DNA of 64,000 bases from an uncultured delta proteobacterium (GTDB lineage: Bacteria > Desulfobacterota > RBG-13-43-22). The stretch lies in the NCBI GenBank assembly GCA_963711835.1, contig CAVQFQ010000010.1, forward strand, positions 1-64,000, given 5' to 3'. Of the stretch, positions 51,781-62,138 are shown piece by piece; the first letter of the stretch is position 1; each line of letters opens with the position of its first letter. The notes under the pieces were generated by a model that made no database searches, had not been told where the DNA came from, and was given only the letters and a program-made list of their open reading frames with translations. The position numbers and the translations under genes are program-made.

Positions 51781-52200
51781 ATGGGAAGAATCACCCTACC
51801 AGTTGCCATTCTGTCAATGCTTGTTATGGGAAGTATTTTGTTTTTGCCTTTTGATCCGGCTTCGGCCCAGGTCTCAAGCCCTAAAAAATTTGAGGAATAC
51901 CGGGCCGCCATCCAGAAAGAATTCGGCCTCGACGCAAAAAATTTCAAAAACTCCCTCAAGGGCGGCCGGGCCGACGGCAAAGACCTCACCAAGTATGATC
52001 TACAGCAGCTCCTGCTGGGCATCAAAATTGAGTTGGAGCATACCAGCGACAAGATGATCGCCCTGGAAATTGCCACCGATCATCTGGAAGACATCCCCGA
52101 CTATTACACCCGCCTCTTGAACATGAGGAAAGAAGCTAAAGAGGAACTGGAAAGGGGGGGAAAAAGGGTCCCACTCAAAAACGGGCTTACCCCTGATTGA
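51781..52200 (+). CDS. DUF5661-like protein with N-terminal signal peptide
   Basis: GIKIELEHT...EIATDHLEDIPDYYTRL. GGAG RBS before ATG 51781. Confidence 0.65.
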   Translation: MGRITLPVAILSMLVMGSILFLPFDPASAQVSSPKKFEEYRAAIQKEFGLDAKNFKNSLKGGRADGKDLTKYDLQQLLLGIKIELEHTSDKMIALEIATDHLEDIPDYYTRLLNMRKEAKEELERGGKRVPLKNGLTPD

Positions 52201-52739
52201 AATCAGCCATGGCTATAAAACCCATTGCCTTTGAACAAATCAAAGATCTTCTTCTGAGGAACTGGATGACCCACGACGCCCTCTGGTATGGAGAGGTGGC
52301 TAAAAATTTCGGTATGGGTGCGGCCAGTCCCATGAATCTCCGGGTCTGCCGTCAATTAGGGCGGATTGAATTCACCCGGTTCCTAAAGGCCGTTGGGGCA
52401 TCAGCTCCCCGGGATTTTGCCGAGTACCGCCAATTGTTCGAAGCCGGGGGAGCGATATTCGTTCCTGAATTTATAACCTTTGAATTCGAATACCGGGAAC
52501 CGAATACTCAGATTTTTCGGGTGGGAGATTGCTTTGCCCATAAAGGCATGGAAAAATCCGGGGTTCTTCCCGAATACGAGTGCGGCATCTTTGTGAGAAT
52601 CGAGGGCTGGTTTGACGCCATGGGTCTGAAATATTCCCGCGATCAGGACCTGTCCCGTTGTTTAAAATATAAAGGGCTGGAGTGCGTTATTGCTTATCAA
52701 TTTGATAATCTCGCAAACCTGGAGGAAAAAAACAAATGA
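52197..52739 (+). CDS. Hypothetical protein (DUF6125-like)
   Basis: WMTHDALW, CFAH..M, YECG...RIEGW pattern (recalled resemblance). Confidence 0.6.
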   Translation: MKSAMAIKPIAFEQIKDLLLRNWMTHDALWYGEVAKNFGMGAASPMNLRVCRQLGRIEFTRFLKAVGASAPRDFAEYRQLFEAGGAIFVPEFITFEFEYREPNTQIFRVGDCFAHKGMEKSGVLPEYECGIFVRIEGWFDAMGLKYSRDQDLSRCLKYKGLECVIAYQFDNLANLEEKNK

Positions 52740-53437
52740 ATGCGACACCAAGCTTTTCGGGGTTTCCCAAACAAACCCTCACCTTTTTCAGGAACCTGGC
52801 TAAAAACAATGACAAACTCTGGTTTGATTCGCATCGGGAAGAATATGAAAAATTTGTTGCGGCCCCGTCCCGGGATTTTGTCCTGGCTCTCGGTGACAAG
52901 CTGAAAAGGATTTCACCTGCTGTTCACGCCGACCCCCGCACCAATCACTCTATTTTCCGGATCAATCGCGATACCCGCTTCAGCCATGACAAGACCCCCT
53001 ACAAAACCCACTTGGGCATCTGGTTCTGGGAAGGAGCCCGGCCCAGGATGGAATGTTCAGGCTTTTATTTCCATCTGGAACCGGGCCGGTTGATGCTTGG
53101 GGTGGGATTGTATATGTTTCCCAAAGAGTTGCTGGACCTTTTTAGGCAGTCCGTGGTCCACCCCAAGCACGGACCCCTTCTAACCAAAGCGGTTGCTGGT
53201 ATCAGGAAAAAGAAGGGCTATTTTTTAGGAAATCAATCCTATAAAAAGACCCCCCCGGGATACGACCCCCATCATCCCAATGCCGAATTTCTTCTTTATA
53301 ACGGTCTCCATGCCGGGGTGGAATTGCCCCTCTCGCCGGAAGTATACACGCCGGGATTGGTGGATGTTTGTTTTAATCATTATAAGACCCTGCTTCCCTT
53401 GCATACTTGGTTATTGGCTCTTACGAAACGGACTTAA
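52736..53437 (+). CDS. DUF2461 family protein
   Basis: NNDKLWF, FRINRDTRFSHDKTPYK, GFYFH. Confidence 0.85.
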   Translation: MNATPSFSGFPKQTLTFFRNLAKNNDKLWFDSHREEYEKFVAAPSRDFVLALGDKLKRISPAVHADPRTNHSIFRINRDTRFSHDKTPYKTHLGIWFWEGARPRMECSGFYFHLEPGRLMLGVGLYMFPKELLDLFRQSVVHPKHGPLLTKAVAGIRKKKGYFLGNQSYKKTPPGYDPHHPNAEFLLYNGLHAGVELPLSPEVYTPGLVDVCFNHYKTLLPLHTWLLALTKRT

Positions 53438-53694
53438 GAAAATATGACTGTCCGGCTACGGCTATCGTAGAAAAAGAGTTAGTATCGTTCAAGAGTTATG
53501 GTACTGCCGCATTATTGCCTGATTAGGGGACCGGGGGTCTCGATTTCAAGGCTTGTCCAAAGGGTAATCCTTCCCGCCAATCCGGCCCAGATCTCTAAGG
53601 TTGGTTTAGAGCCGGGCATTCACCCAGCCGGACAAACAGCCTTGGTGTAGGCCTACTTAAGGCAGTATCGTCAACCTTCCAGTCCCGCTAAAAG

Positions 53695-55860
53695 CAGAGA
53701 TTTTAAAGGGCCAAATAATTTGGCACCTTGGGTTGTTATTTATATTAATAAGGGACACCCGTTCGATCAATAAGAAATCAGTGGACGATTTAATGTAAAA
53801 TAAAATATGGCGGTTAAATAAAATCAAACTTCCTAAGACATAACTATTAGTGACCATAATAAAAGGATTATTAGCTACGATGGATCCTTTATTATCATTC
53901 AATCTTTAATATTACCGCCATATTTGATTTGACAAACGTGGCCATCTGAGCTATATTTCCTCCCGGGGTGGACCCAACCATCGCCCTACATCTCTTTTTC
54001 GGGAGGAACATGCAATGATCGAGATTAAACCAGGCCAATACGCCCTCTCGGGGCCTAAAGGCTCTTTGGCCGTCCGGGAAGATGATGAAATCACCTTACG
54101 GTTGGCCATGCTTTTTGAAGGCCAATGCGAAGGCCTCAGCCCGGCCCTGGCCGCGGGAAAGTTCGGCTATACACGACAACGATACTATCAAATCCTAAAC
54201 CAGTACCTCCAAAACGGGGCCGAGGGACTCAAAAACCTACGACCCGGTCCCAAAAGGAATTACCGTCGAACCGATGAAGTCATCCGCCAGATCATCCGTT
54301 ATCGTTTCCTAGATCCGGCCCTCTCGCCGGAGGTCATCGCCCAGAAGCTTAACCAACTGGGATTTTTTATTGCCATCCGCAGTGTGGAGCGGGTCATCTC
54401 GGAGTATGGCCTACAAAAAAAAACTTCATCTCTGTCGTCCCGGAACCGAACCCCTAAAGGTGGAAACCCATCGCACCAAACAAAAAGTACGTTCTCGAGA
54501 TCAGTGATCCCCCAGCCCTGGAACGGGGGGTCAGACAACTATTGGCCAATAAAATCTCAGGCACGATGGCCGGCCTTTGGTTGTTGATCCCAGAGCATCT
54601 CAGGCTCGGAACTTGGGATTTGCTCAAAGCCTGGACCGGCCTGCCTGACCAACGGGTCGAACCCCGTTTGGCCTTGCAGTTGATTAACGAAAGTGCCCTG
54701 TGCCTTAATGGTCTTCGCTTGAAACGAAGTTTGAATCAAAGAGGTTTTGAACTAGCCAACGGTTTGCCCTTTATAGCCACCGACCCGGCTATCCACCAAT
54801 TGTTAGACAGCCATTCGGTAGTCGAGTCCCAGCGGTTGCAAACCGCTCTGGGTAAGGTACGACAGACCTTCGGCCACTTTCAGGGAAATCTGATCATCAT
54901 CGATCCCCATCGCCTTAACTCATACAGCAAACGGCAGATGGTTCGACGTCAAAAAGACAAGGACTCCCCTCCAGTTAAAATGGCCCAAACCTTCTTCAGC
55001 TTGGATGCCGAGACCAAACAGCCAATTTGTTTTACCACCGCCTCCTCGGCCAGAACGGTAACCGAAGCCACCCCCGAGTTGCTTACTCTATCCGGCTCCA
55101 TCCTAAAGCCCAATGGTCATGCTCCCCTGGTTTTAGCCGATAACGAACATTACACCCTGGAGCTGTTTGACTGGGTTGCTTCCCTGTCCCCCTTTGATCT
55201 GTTAGTCCCTATGCCTTACAATCAGTCTGTCCTTCGATCCATTCACCAGCTTCCCGATGAAGCCTATACTCCCCATTGGGCCGGTTATGCCACGGCCAAG
55301 CAGCCTTACTCCCTGGCCCAAAGCCGACCCTACTATCAGTTTGTTCAACGAAAAGGGGAACAGAACTACGATTTTAAAGCCTTCCTCTGTACCTCCGATC
55401 GAGATGAAGTGGAGGATCTCTCCGTCAATTACCCTCAACGCTGGCACATTGAAGAATTTTTCAAAAATGACCAGGCCCTGGGCTGGCATAGGGCTGGAAC
55501 ATTGAACTTAAACATCCGCTATGGACAAATGACTATGGCCCTTATGGCTCAAGCGGCCTCCTTTATGTTGCGGCAACGTCTCGGCTCCCCCATAGACCAA
55601 TGGGATGCCCCTCATTTGGCCAAAGATTTCTTCCGAGGCTTAGAAGGAGATATCCGGGTCCATCAGGATACCATTGTGGTCACTTATTATAACGCTCCCG
55701 AAACCGACCTCATGAAAAGGCATTACGAAAATTTGCCTAAAAGGCTCTCTTCCGAGGGCTTAAACCCGGCTGTCCCTTGGCTCTATAACTTTAAACTGCG
55801 ATTTCCGTTTTAAATAAATGACCTCTTATTGTAAAATAAATTATACCTTTAAAATCTCTG
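53695..55860 (+). mobile_element. Insertion sequence (2,166 bp) with 15-bp perfect TIRs and CTAAAAG target duplication
   Basis: CAGAGATTTTAAAGG at both ends. CTAAAAG at 53688-53694 and 55861-55867 (alternatively a 9-bp GCTAAAAGC duplication). Confidence 0.9.
54015..55817 (+). CDS. Transposase: HTH ORF + DDE-like ORF, with an A9 run at 54415-54423 and extra +1 indels
   Basis: HTH (YTRQRYYQI...GPK), IIDPH, LADNEH, Y..RWHIEEFFK (YREK-like). Lies inside the TIRs. Confidence 0.8.
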
Positions 55861-55981
55861 CTAAAAGCGGGATTTCAAGGTGAGGAGTTTATGGTGGACA
55901 ACCTTGAAATCAAGACCCCCGGTCCCCCTCCATCGGGTATCAGAGAATATAATGCTACAACTTTTGAACGATACCAAATCG

Positions 55982-56596
55982 TTACATTTTCTGATCGACC
56001 TGTTCAAAGCAGGGGATGCAGAGGGTCTTCCCATCGAATTTCCGGGTCCGTGACTCCATGGTCATCTCGCCGCAGGTCTCACAGCGCAGGCTCTGAAGGA
56101 CACGGGCCGGTCGAGGTGCCGGGGGAATAATTTCGCTGACCACAAACATGTCTTCCAGGGCGGCCTGCATAAAGGTTTCTTTTCGGATCTCCCGAAAGTC
56201 CTCCAATGTCTTTTTCTCTTCCTCTGTAATCGTCCCTTCATTCATTTTTTTCATCAAGGGACCGATCTCGGTAGCCATTTCCTCCTGGATCTCCGGCTTG
56301 AGGACCGCCCGGAACCCTTTTCCTGTTTTACGATCAAAAAAACTGAAGGCCATCTTGCCGTAATCTCGGTGGACCAGGTTGCCCTTGCCGAAGGTGCAGC
56401 CGGTTAGGACCTGGACGGCATCCACCCCGCACATATCTGTTTCCACCACCGCCGCCAGCTCGGCCGCCTCCGGCCGGCCCAGTTTCTGAAGCGCCAGTTC
56501 GGAAGCCCGGATCCCGATCGCCAGCCCCGGACACCAGTGGCCGTGAAAGGCAATGGTCTTTTCAACCCAGTCCCGACTTAATCCGCTCATGGTCAT
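55982..56596 (-). CDS. FmdE family protein with C-terminal zinc finger
   Basis: FHGHWCPGLAIG, CGVDAVQVLTGCTFGKGNL, CETCGE...CIPC. Confidence 0.9.
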   Translation of the reverse strand: MTMSGLSRDWVEKTIAFHGHWCPGLAIGIRASELALQKLGRPEAAELAAVVETDMCGVDAVQVLTGCTFGKGNLVHRDYGKMAFSFFDRKTGKGFRAVLKPEIQEEMATEIGPLMKKMNEGTITEEEKKTLEDFREIRKETFMQAALEDMFVVSEIIPPAPRPARVLQSLRCETCGEMTMESRTRKFDGKTLCIPCFEQVDQKM

Positions 56597-56639
56597 TCCC
56601 TTTCTTTTCGTAATTTTTCAATAGGCAGGTGGCGATAGA

Positions 56640-57221
56640 TTATCGCCGCCCGCCGTCGAGGCACTTTTTGAAGTCGAGGTTTTTAAAGGCCCCGGCGCAT
56701 TTATCGGCGAGCCTTTGGGCTTCCCCCTCTTTGGTCTGGGCGGAGCGCAAGGGCAGCGGCAGTGCCAGGGGCCTTGCCGCACCCGGGCCTTTTTGCGGCT
56801 GAATATCCTTCCCTTTTAAGGGTTCGCCGCAATGGGCGCATACGACCAAAGGCCGGACAAGGTGTCCATCCGGCTGGTGCTTAAAGATAATCGGAGGGCC
56901 TTTGGGGGCTTCCCACTGGTCACCCCAGGCTACCAGCGCCATAATAATCGGGAAGACGTCTTTCCCTTTTCTGGTAAGACGATAGGATCTCCTCCTGGAT
57001 CCTTTCTCATCACAATGCTTTTCAATTAACCCCCTGTCCGCCAGTTTCTTCAAACGATTGGCTAAGATGTTGCGGGCAATGCCCAAATCCTGGCATAACA
57101 GGTCAAAGGTGTTTATGCCGTAAAACATATCCCGAATGATCAACAGGGTCCACCACTCCCCGATCATATCCAGGCTTCGGGCCAGCGAACATTCCAGATG
57201 TTTAAAATTTTCTCTTCTCAT
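56640..57221 (-). CDS. HxlR family winged-helix regulator
   Basis: CSLARSLDMIGEWWTLLIIR...YRLTRKG...WG. Confidence 0.9.
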   Translation of the reverse strand: MRRENFKHLECSLARSLDMIGEWWTLLIIRDMFYGINTFDLLCQDLGIARNILANRLKKLADRGLIEKHCDEKGSRRRSYRLTRKGKDVFPIIMALVAWGDQWEAPKGPPIIFKHQPDGHLVRPLVVCAHCGEPLKGKDIQPQKGPGAARPLALPLPLRSAQTKEGEAQRLADKCAGAFKNLDFKKCLDGGRR

Positions 57222-57235
57222 GGTGCAATTTTATA

Positions 57236-57282
57236 GTTGCATTATAAAATTTACAAGCTTAATATAAGTTTTATAATGAAAC
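57236..57282. promoter_or_regulatory. Inverted pair of putative HxlR operator sites between divergent genes
   Basis: gttgcattataaaa (57236-57249) / ttttataatgaaac (57269-57282). Confidence 0.5.
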
Positions 57283-57298
57283 CATAAGGGAGAGGGAT

Positions 57299-57754
57299 AT
57301 GATGGACAAAATTTATCAGAAGGCATTCCACGCCGGATGGGGGGACATGGATTTTAATTCTCACATGAGGAACACCGCCTATCTGGATAAGTCCGGTGAC
57401 ACGCGCATGATGTTCTTTTCCGAGCACGGCTTTCCCATGAGCGAGTTCGCACGACTGAAGCTTGGTCCGGTCATCATAAAGGACGAGATTGAGTACCTGC
57501 GGGAAGTTAATCTCCTGGACGAGCTGAAGGTAACCCTGGCTGTCGCCGGACTTTCCGAGGACGGGAGTCGCTGGCTTATGAGGAACGAGTTCTTTCGGCC
57601 CGATTCCAAGCCGGCAGCCAGGGTATCGAGTCTGGGTGGTTGGCTGGATCTATCGGCCAGGAGACTCGTTGCCGCCCCGGCCAAGCTTCTGGAAGCTCTG
57701 AAGCGGCTGCCCCAAACAAGTGATTTTCAGCAGATGCCTACGAACGTCAAATAA
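57299..57754 (+). CDS. Acyl-CoA thioesterase (hotdog fold)
   Basis: WGDMDFNSHMRNTAY, GPVI, WLDL..R. Confidence 0.85.
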   Translation: MMDKIYQKAFHAGWGDMDFNSHMRNTAYLDKSGDTRMMFFSEHGFPMSEFARLKLGPVIIKDEIEYLREVNLLDELKVTLAVAGLSEDGSRWLMRNEFFRPDSKPAARVSSLGGWLDLSARRLVAAPAKLLEALKRLPQTSDFQQMPTNVK

Positions 57755-57810
57755 AGGGTCACATCCTTCGATGTCATTCATGATATAGGAAAGACGAAGG
57801 CGGCGACGGA

Positions 57811-58894
57811 GGGGACGTAGTTACTGAATAAACTTGACAAAAAGAAGTTATTAAGATAAAGGAGAAATCATGCCCAGACAAGCACGGCTCGATGCCCCCG
57901 GCACCCTGCACCACGTCATGGGTCGGGGGGTTGAGGCTACCAAGATATTTAGAAATAAAAACGATCGAGAAGATTTTCTGGCTCGACTAAAGGTCTTGCA
58001 ACGTACCGCCGCCTTAGCCGTATATGCTTGGGCGCTCATGCCCACTCATTTTCACTTGCTGGTGCGCACCGGACAGCAACCGCTGGGTAAATCCATGAGA
58101 CGGCTGCTGACGGGTTATGCCGTCAACTTCAACTTCCGGCATAAACGCCACGGGCACCTCTTTCAAAACCGGTATAAATCAGTCGTTTGCCAGGAAGCGC
58201 CTTATCTCTTGGAATTGACCCGGTATATCCACCTCAACCCCCTCAGGGCCGGACTTGTCCCTGATCTGAAGGCCTTACACGAATATCCCTGGACAGGCCA
58301 TGCAACCCTCATGGACCGAATCACACGCCCCTGGCAGGAAACAGATATCGTTTGGAGTTATTTTTCCAATAGCAGGCCTAAGGCTATCAAGCAGTATGAG
58401 AAGTTTATTCAAGCGGGAATAGCTCAAGGTCAAAGGCCGGATTTGATAGGAGGAGGTTTGATTCGCAGCCAGGGGGGATGGGCACAGGTGCTATCGTTAA
58501 GAAAAAAAGGCCAGTCGGTTCAGTCCGATGATCGGATCTTAGGCGATGGGGATTTTGTTGAGCAGATCTGGTCAGAGGCGAAGGATCGTGAGAAAGAGAC
58601 TCTGCGCCGGAAGGCCAAGGTCAAAGATTTACCAACGCTGGCTAAAATTATCATAAAAAAAATGGGGATCAGCGAGTCGGCACTGCGGTCCGCCAGCCGA
58701 AAAGCACGTATTTCCCAGGCCCGGAGAGCCTTATGTTGGTTGGCCGTCGGTCGGATGGGCTATTCGGCCGCCGAGGTAGCCCGGTTCCTCAGAGTGACTA
58801 CCTCAGCGGTAGTGCGCGCTTCTAACTTCAAGGATTTCACAAATCTTGAACCGTTTAATACTCTTTAATAAGTTCATTCAGTACCTACCTCCCC
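57811..58894 (+). mobile_element. Y1/RAYT transposase element bounded by 25-bp terminal inverted repeats
   Basis: GGGGACGTAGTTACTGAATAAACTT vs reverse complement of the right end GGGGAGGTAGGTACTGAATGAACTT (22/25 identical). Confidence 0.75.
57870..58868 (+). CDS. Y1 HUH transposase (RAYT/TnpA-like) with C-terminal HTH
   Basis: MPRQAR, HHVMGRG, LMPTHFHLL (HUH), GHLFQNRY, YIHLNP, YPWTG. Confidence 0.92.
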   Translation: MPRQARLDAPGTLHHVMGRGVEATKIFRNKNDREDFLARLKVLQRTAALAVYAWALMPTHFHLLVRTGQQPLGKSMRRLLTGYAVNFNFRHKRHGHLFQNRYKSVVCQEAPYLLELTRYIHLNPLRAGLVPDLKALHEYPWTGHATLMDRITRPWQETDIVWSYFSNSRPKAIKQYEKFIQAGIAQGQRPDLIGGGLIRSQGGWAQVLSLRKKGQSVQSDDRILGDGDFVEQIWSEAKDREKETLRRKAKVKDLPTLAKIIIKKMGISESALRSASRKARISQARRALCWLAVGRMGYSAAEVARFLRVTTSAVVRASNFKDFTNLEPFNTL

Positions 58895-58901
58895 TGAATT
58901 T

Positions 58902-59555
58902 ATGTCCCCTGAAATTAACCATTTTCTGTTTATAGTCGTAATGGGTTACCTGTTGGGCTGTGTCCAGACGTCCTATCTTTTAGGAAAAACCCTTAAGAAG
59001 ATCGACATCAGAGAACTAGGCACCTCCAATGCCGGGGCCTCCAATGCCACTTTGGTGTTGGGCTGGTCTTGCGGCCTGTTGACCGGTTTTTTGGATGGGT
59101 TGAAAGGCCTTTTGGCCGCGGTCCTGGCGGGCTGGTTTTTCCCGTCCTGGCCGTGGTCCCCTCTTCTGGCCGGCACCTCGGCCATCCTGGGACACATCTT
59201 CCCTTTTTATATGGGATTCCGCGGCGGCAAGGGCATGTCCACCTTTTTTGGCATGTTTCTCGGGATTCATTGGAAATTGGGGCTGATCCTATTAGGGATT
59301 CAGGTTTTGGTGACCCTGGTGAGCGATTATGTGGCCCTGGGCTCCCTGGCCGTTCTGACGCTCTTGCCGGTCTTGTTCTATTTTTTCAATTTTTCCTTAA
59401 TGGAAACCGCCTTTATCAGTTTGCTTTCTCTGTTCCTGGTTTATAAGCACGCTTCCAATATCAGCAACATCTGGATGGGAAAAGAAATAGGACTGCAGTC
59501 AACCTTCCGCTCAAAGAAAAAAGATTCCATCCTGACGCAGAGAAAGGAAAGATAG
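58902..59555 (+). CDS. plsY: Glycerol-3-phosphate acyltransferase
   Basis: GYLLG, DIR..GTSNAGASN, D.LKG, GHIFP...FRGGKG, KH..NI. Confidence 0.9.
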   Translation: MSPEINHFLFIVVMGYLLGCVQTSYLLGKTLKKIDIRELGTSNAGASNATLVLGWSCGLLTGFLDGLKGLLAAVLAGWFFPSWPWSPLLAGTSAILGHIFPFYMGFRGGKGMSTFFGMFLGIHWKLGLILLGIQVLVTLVSDYVALGSLAVLTLLPVLFYFFNFSLMETAFISLLSLFLVYKHASNISNIWMGKEIGLQSTFRSKKKDSILTQRKER

Positions 59556-59799
59556 GACCGTTGCGTCTACCGTTGCAGAACATGTGATCCCACCTATTTC
59601 TATCATCCCGAAGAACGGCCCCGGCTATCCTGCCAACGGTCCCTTTCTAATTTCCAGCTGGAGATGCTCCAGGATTCGAATCGCCATTAGTAGGGCGCTG
59701 TCTCTAATTGGAAAATAAACCCTATTTCATAAAACCATTTTAAAAATCCAAAAATTGGGATATAAATTTAGTTCTTATCCTTTTTAAGGAGGCTAACTT

Positions 59800-60657
59800 A
59801 TGGAAAAACATCTTGGGGTTGCCCTGGTCACCGGGGCCAGCAGCGGGATCGGGAAGGAAACGGCCGTTCGGCTGGCCGGGAAAGGCTTTCAGGTCATCGC
59901 CGCGGCTCGGAGAGAAGCGCATTTGGAAGCAATAGCCGCCCAGTTTCCAGGCATCCTCCCCAGGAAAGTGGATTTGGCCGATTCAAGAGAAGTAGAAGCT
60001 TTCTGCCAAGAGATCTCCGACCGAGGCCAGCCCATTACGATCTTGATCAATAACGCCGGATACAGCATCCGGGGCGGGCTGGAGGATGTCTCTCTTTCCG
60101 CGGCCCGCCGCCTCTTTGAGGTCAACCTGTTTGCCTTGATCCGCATCACCCAGGCCTGTCTACCGGGTATGCGCCGTCTACGCCAAGGGACCATAGTCAA
60201 CCTTAGTTCCATTGTCGGAAAATTCGCCTTCCCTTTCAGCGGGGTTTACGCCGCCTCAAAGCATGCTGTGGAGGCTGTCAGCGATTCCCTGCGCATCGAA
60301 GTCCGTCCCTTCGGCATCCGGGTTATCACGATTCGCCCAGGGCCGATCGCCTCCGAGTTCAACGAAGCAGCGACTCGGATGACCGGCGACCTGATGGCCC
60401 GGACCGATCCGGATTACAAACCGGTCTATCAGGCTTCCGGGGCCGGCTTGGGCGGAATCTTTTCAAAAATCACCATCCCGGGTCCGGAGGTGATAGCCGA
60501 GGTCATCGTTAAAGCCGTCTTATCCGACTCCCCCAAACCGGTTTATACCGCCGGCCCACTGGTGGATGAAATTTATCGGCCCCGACTGGAACTGGACGAC
60601 GAGGGATTCGATCAGTTTCTTTCCGAGCTGGCGGGGTTAAAGGATTTTAAAGTCTAA
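59800..60657 (+). CDS. Short-chain dehydrogenase/reductase
   Basis: TGASSGIG, NNAG, YAASK. Confidence 0.92.
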   Translation: MEKHLGVALVTGASSGIGKETAVRLAGKGFQVIAAARREAHLEAIAAQFPGILPRKVDLADSREVEAFCQEISDRGQPITILINNAGYSIRGGLEDVSLSAARRLFEVNLFALIRITQACLPGMRRLRQGTIVNLSSIVGKFAFPFSGVYAASKHAVEAVSDSLRIEVRPFGIRVITIRPGPIASEFNEAATRMTGDLMARTDPDYKPVYQASGAGLGGIFSKITIPGPEVIAEVIVKAVLSDSPKPVYTAGPLVDEIYRPRLELDDEGFDQFLSELAGLKDFKV

Positions 60658-60661
60658 ATTA

Positions 60662-61316
60662 ATGGTCGTCCCTTTTTCCATCTCCAAGGCTTATCACGAC
60701 CGTTATCCCGGCCTGCCGTTCGGCCTGACCCTGATTTCCAACTGCCGGAATCCGGTTAATCCGGCCGGTTTTGATGAGTATAAACGCACCCTCCTGCGCC
60801 GGATGCGGAAGCGGGAATCCCTGGCTCAGATCACGGAACGCATCAACACCTATGATCGCTTTTTTAAAGAGTTCGGCTATGAATGCCCTTTAACCAAGCA
60901 CCTCAAAAGGACCGTCAATAGCGGCTTCCCGCGCTACAATCTGATGGTGGATACCCATTTTATGGCTGAAATGTGCGCCGGCATCCTGGTAGCGGTGACT
61001 GACTATGACCGCTTTGAAGGAGCCTTGACCCTGGATGTGGCTCGGGTAGGGGAAATCTGCCGGGGTATGGGCGGAAGGGAATTGAAGACCCAAGAGGGCG
61101 AGATTGTTTTTCGTGACTGAGAAGGAAATCGTCTGTGTCCTGGCCCAAGGGGCCGATGAAAAGACCCGGGTCAGTGAAGAAACGACTCGGGTCCTTTTTT
61201 ATGCCTATGCCGTGCCGGGGATTGAGGGCCGTTTCATCCAGGAGGGTCTGGCCCTGGCCGGAGAAACACTGGCGCGCTTCGGTGAGGGAGCCATAGAAGA
61301 AACCGTCCTTTATTAG
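60662..61316 (+). CDS. B3/4 (PheRS beta editing-like) domain protein, split by a +1 frameshift near 61118
   Basis: N.MVD...DYD...GEIVFRD continuing as EKEIVCV...D.KT.VSEET..VLFY. Confidence 0.7.
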
Positions 61317-61374
61317 AATCGTGCGAGATAGCCGGGGACCCCGGCACCTTTTATTGGTCTTTGGCGGTGATTCC

Positions 61375-62121
61375 ATGAAAACCGTTTTTTCAATGTGGAA
61401 CAATACCCGGATGATCATTCTGACCGCTGTTTGTGCGGCTATCTACAGTACCACGCTGTTGGCTTTCAAAACCGCCATCCCGCTTATTCCGGGCATCACC
61501 GAAGTGCGGGTGGGAAATATCTTTCCCGTGCCTTTCGGATTGATGTTCGGGCCGGCCGGGGCCTGGGGCTCGGCCCTGGGAAATCTGCTGGGCGATATCT
61601 TTGGAGGCACCCTGGGGCCGGGATCGGTCGGAGGGTTCATCGGCAATTTTCTCCTGGCCTTTCTACCATACAGCCTTTGGCGGACCTGGATCCCCTTTCA
61701 CCAAAAAACCATTGACTGGAACCCTCGAAGCCTGGGGAACTGGATCACCTACATCCTGGTGGCCCTGATCTCCTCCGCGGCCTGCGCCATCGTCATCAGC
61801 ACCTCTCTGGATTTTCTGGGGATTGTTCCTTACAAAGTTTTATCGAACATCATTACCCTGAATAATTTTATAGCCGGCCTGATCGGCTCCCTCTTGTTAA
61901 CCACGGTTTTTCCCATGATCAAAAATCATCTTCATCTCTTCTGGATGGAGGTGATGGAGGAATCCGACAGCAACCAGCCCTGGGCCGCCGTGCTGGGAGC
62001 CTGGCTGGTTGCCCTGGCCTCCCTCTTCGGTCTTTTCGGCGGCCTGATCAGCGACCTTCCGATCTCCAGCCTGAGTCTGATTTCCACCTTGGCCATCCTC
62101 GTCGGCACGTTGATCCTTTGA
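61375..62121 (+). CDS. ECF transporter S component (QueT-like)
   Basis: Hydrophobic, TEVR...FGLMFGPAGAWGSALGNL. Precedes the ECF ATPase and T component. Confidence 0.75.
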   Translation: MKTVFSMWNNTRMIILTAVCAAIYSTTLLAFKTAIPLIPGITEVRVGNIFPVPFGLMFGPAGAWGSALGNLLGDIFGGTLGPGSVGGFIGNFLLAFLPYSLWRTWIPFHQKTIDWNPRSLGNWITYILVALISSAACAIVISTSLDFLGIVPYKVLSNIITLNNFIAGLIGSLLLTTVFPMIKNHLHLFWMEVMEESDSNQPWAAVLGAWLVALASLFGLFGGLISDLPISSLSLISTLAILVGTLIL

Positions 62122-62138
62122 ACCGGGTTCTTCGGCAA

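Larger units (their letters stand above)
53482..55974. repeat. Structured repeat family copy D, interrupted by an IS
   Basis: Closing stem 53526-53559 / 55895-55927. Outer IR gtatcgttcaagagtt / aacttttgaacgatac. Core aligns to copies A-C. Confidence 0.8.

Noticed and set aside
53657-53902. 81-aa AT-rich ORF as IS passenger gene
   Set aside because: It crosses the IS boundary, has no RBS or motif, and is likely spurious.
61112-61125. In-frame TGA in the B3/4 gene as possible selenocysteine
   Set aside because: The downstream homologous sequence is in a different frame, so this is a frameshift rather than readthrough.
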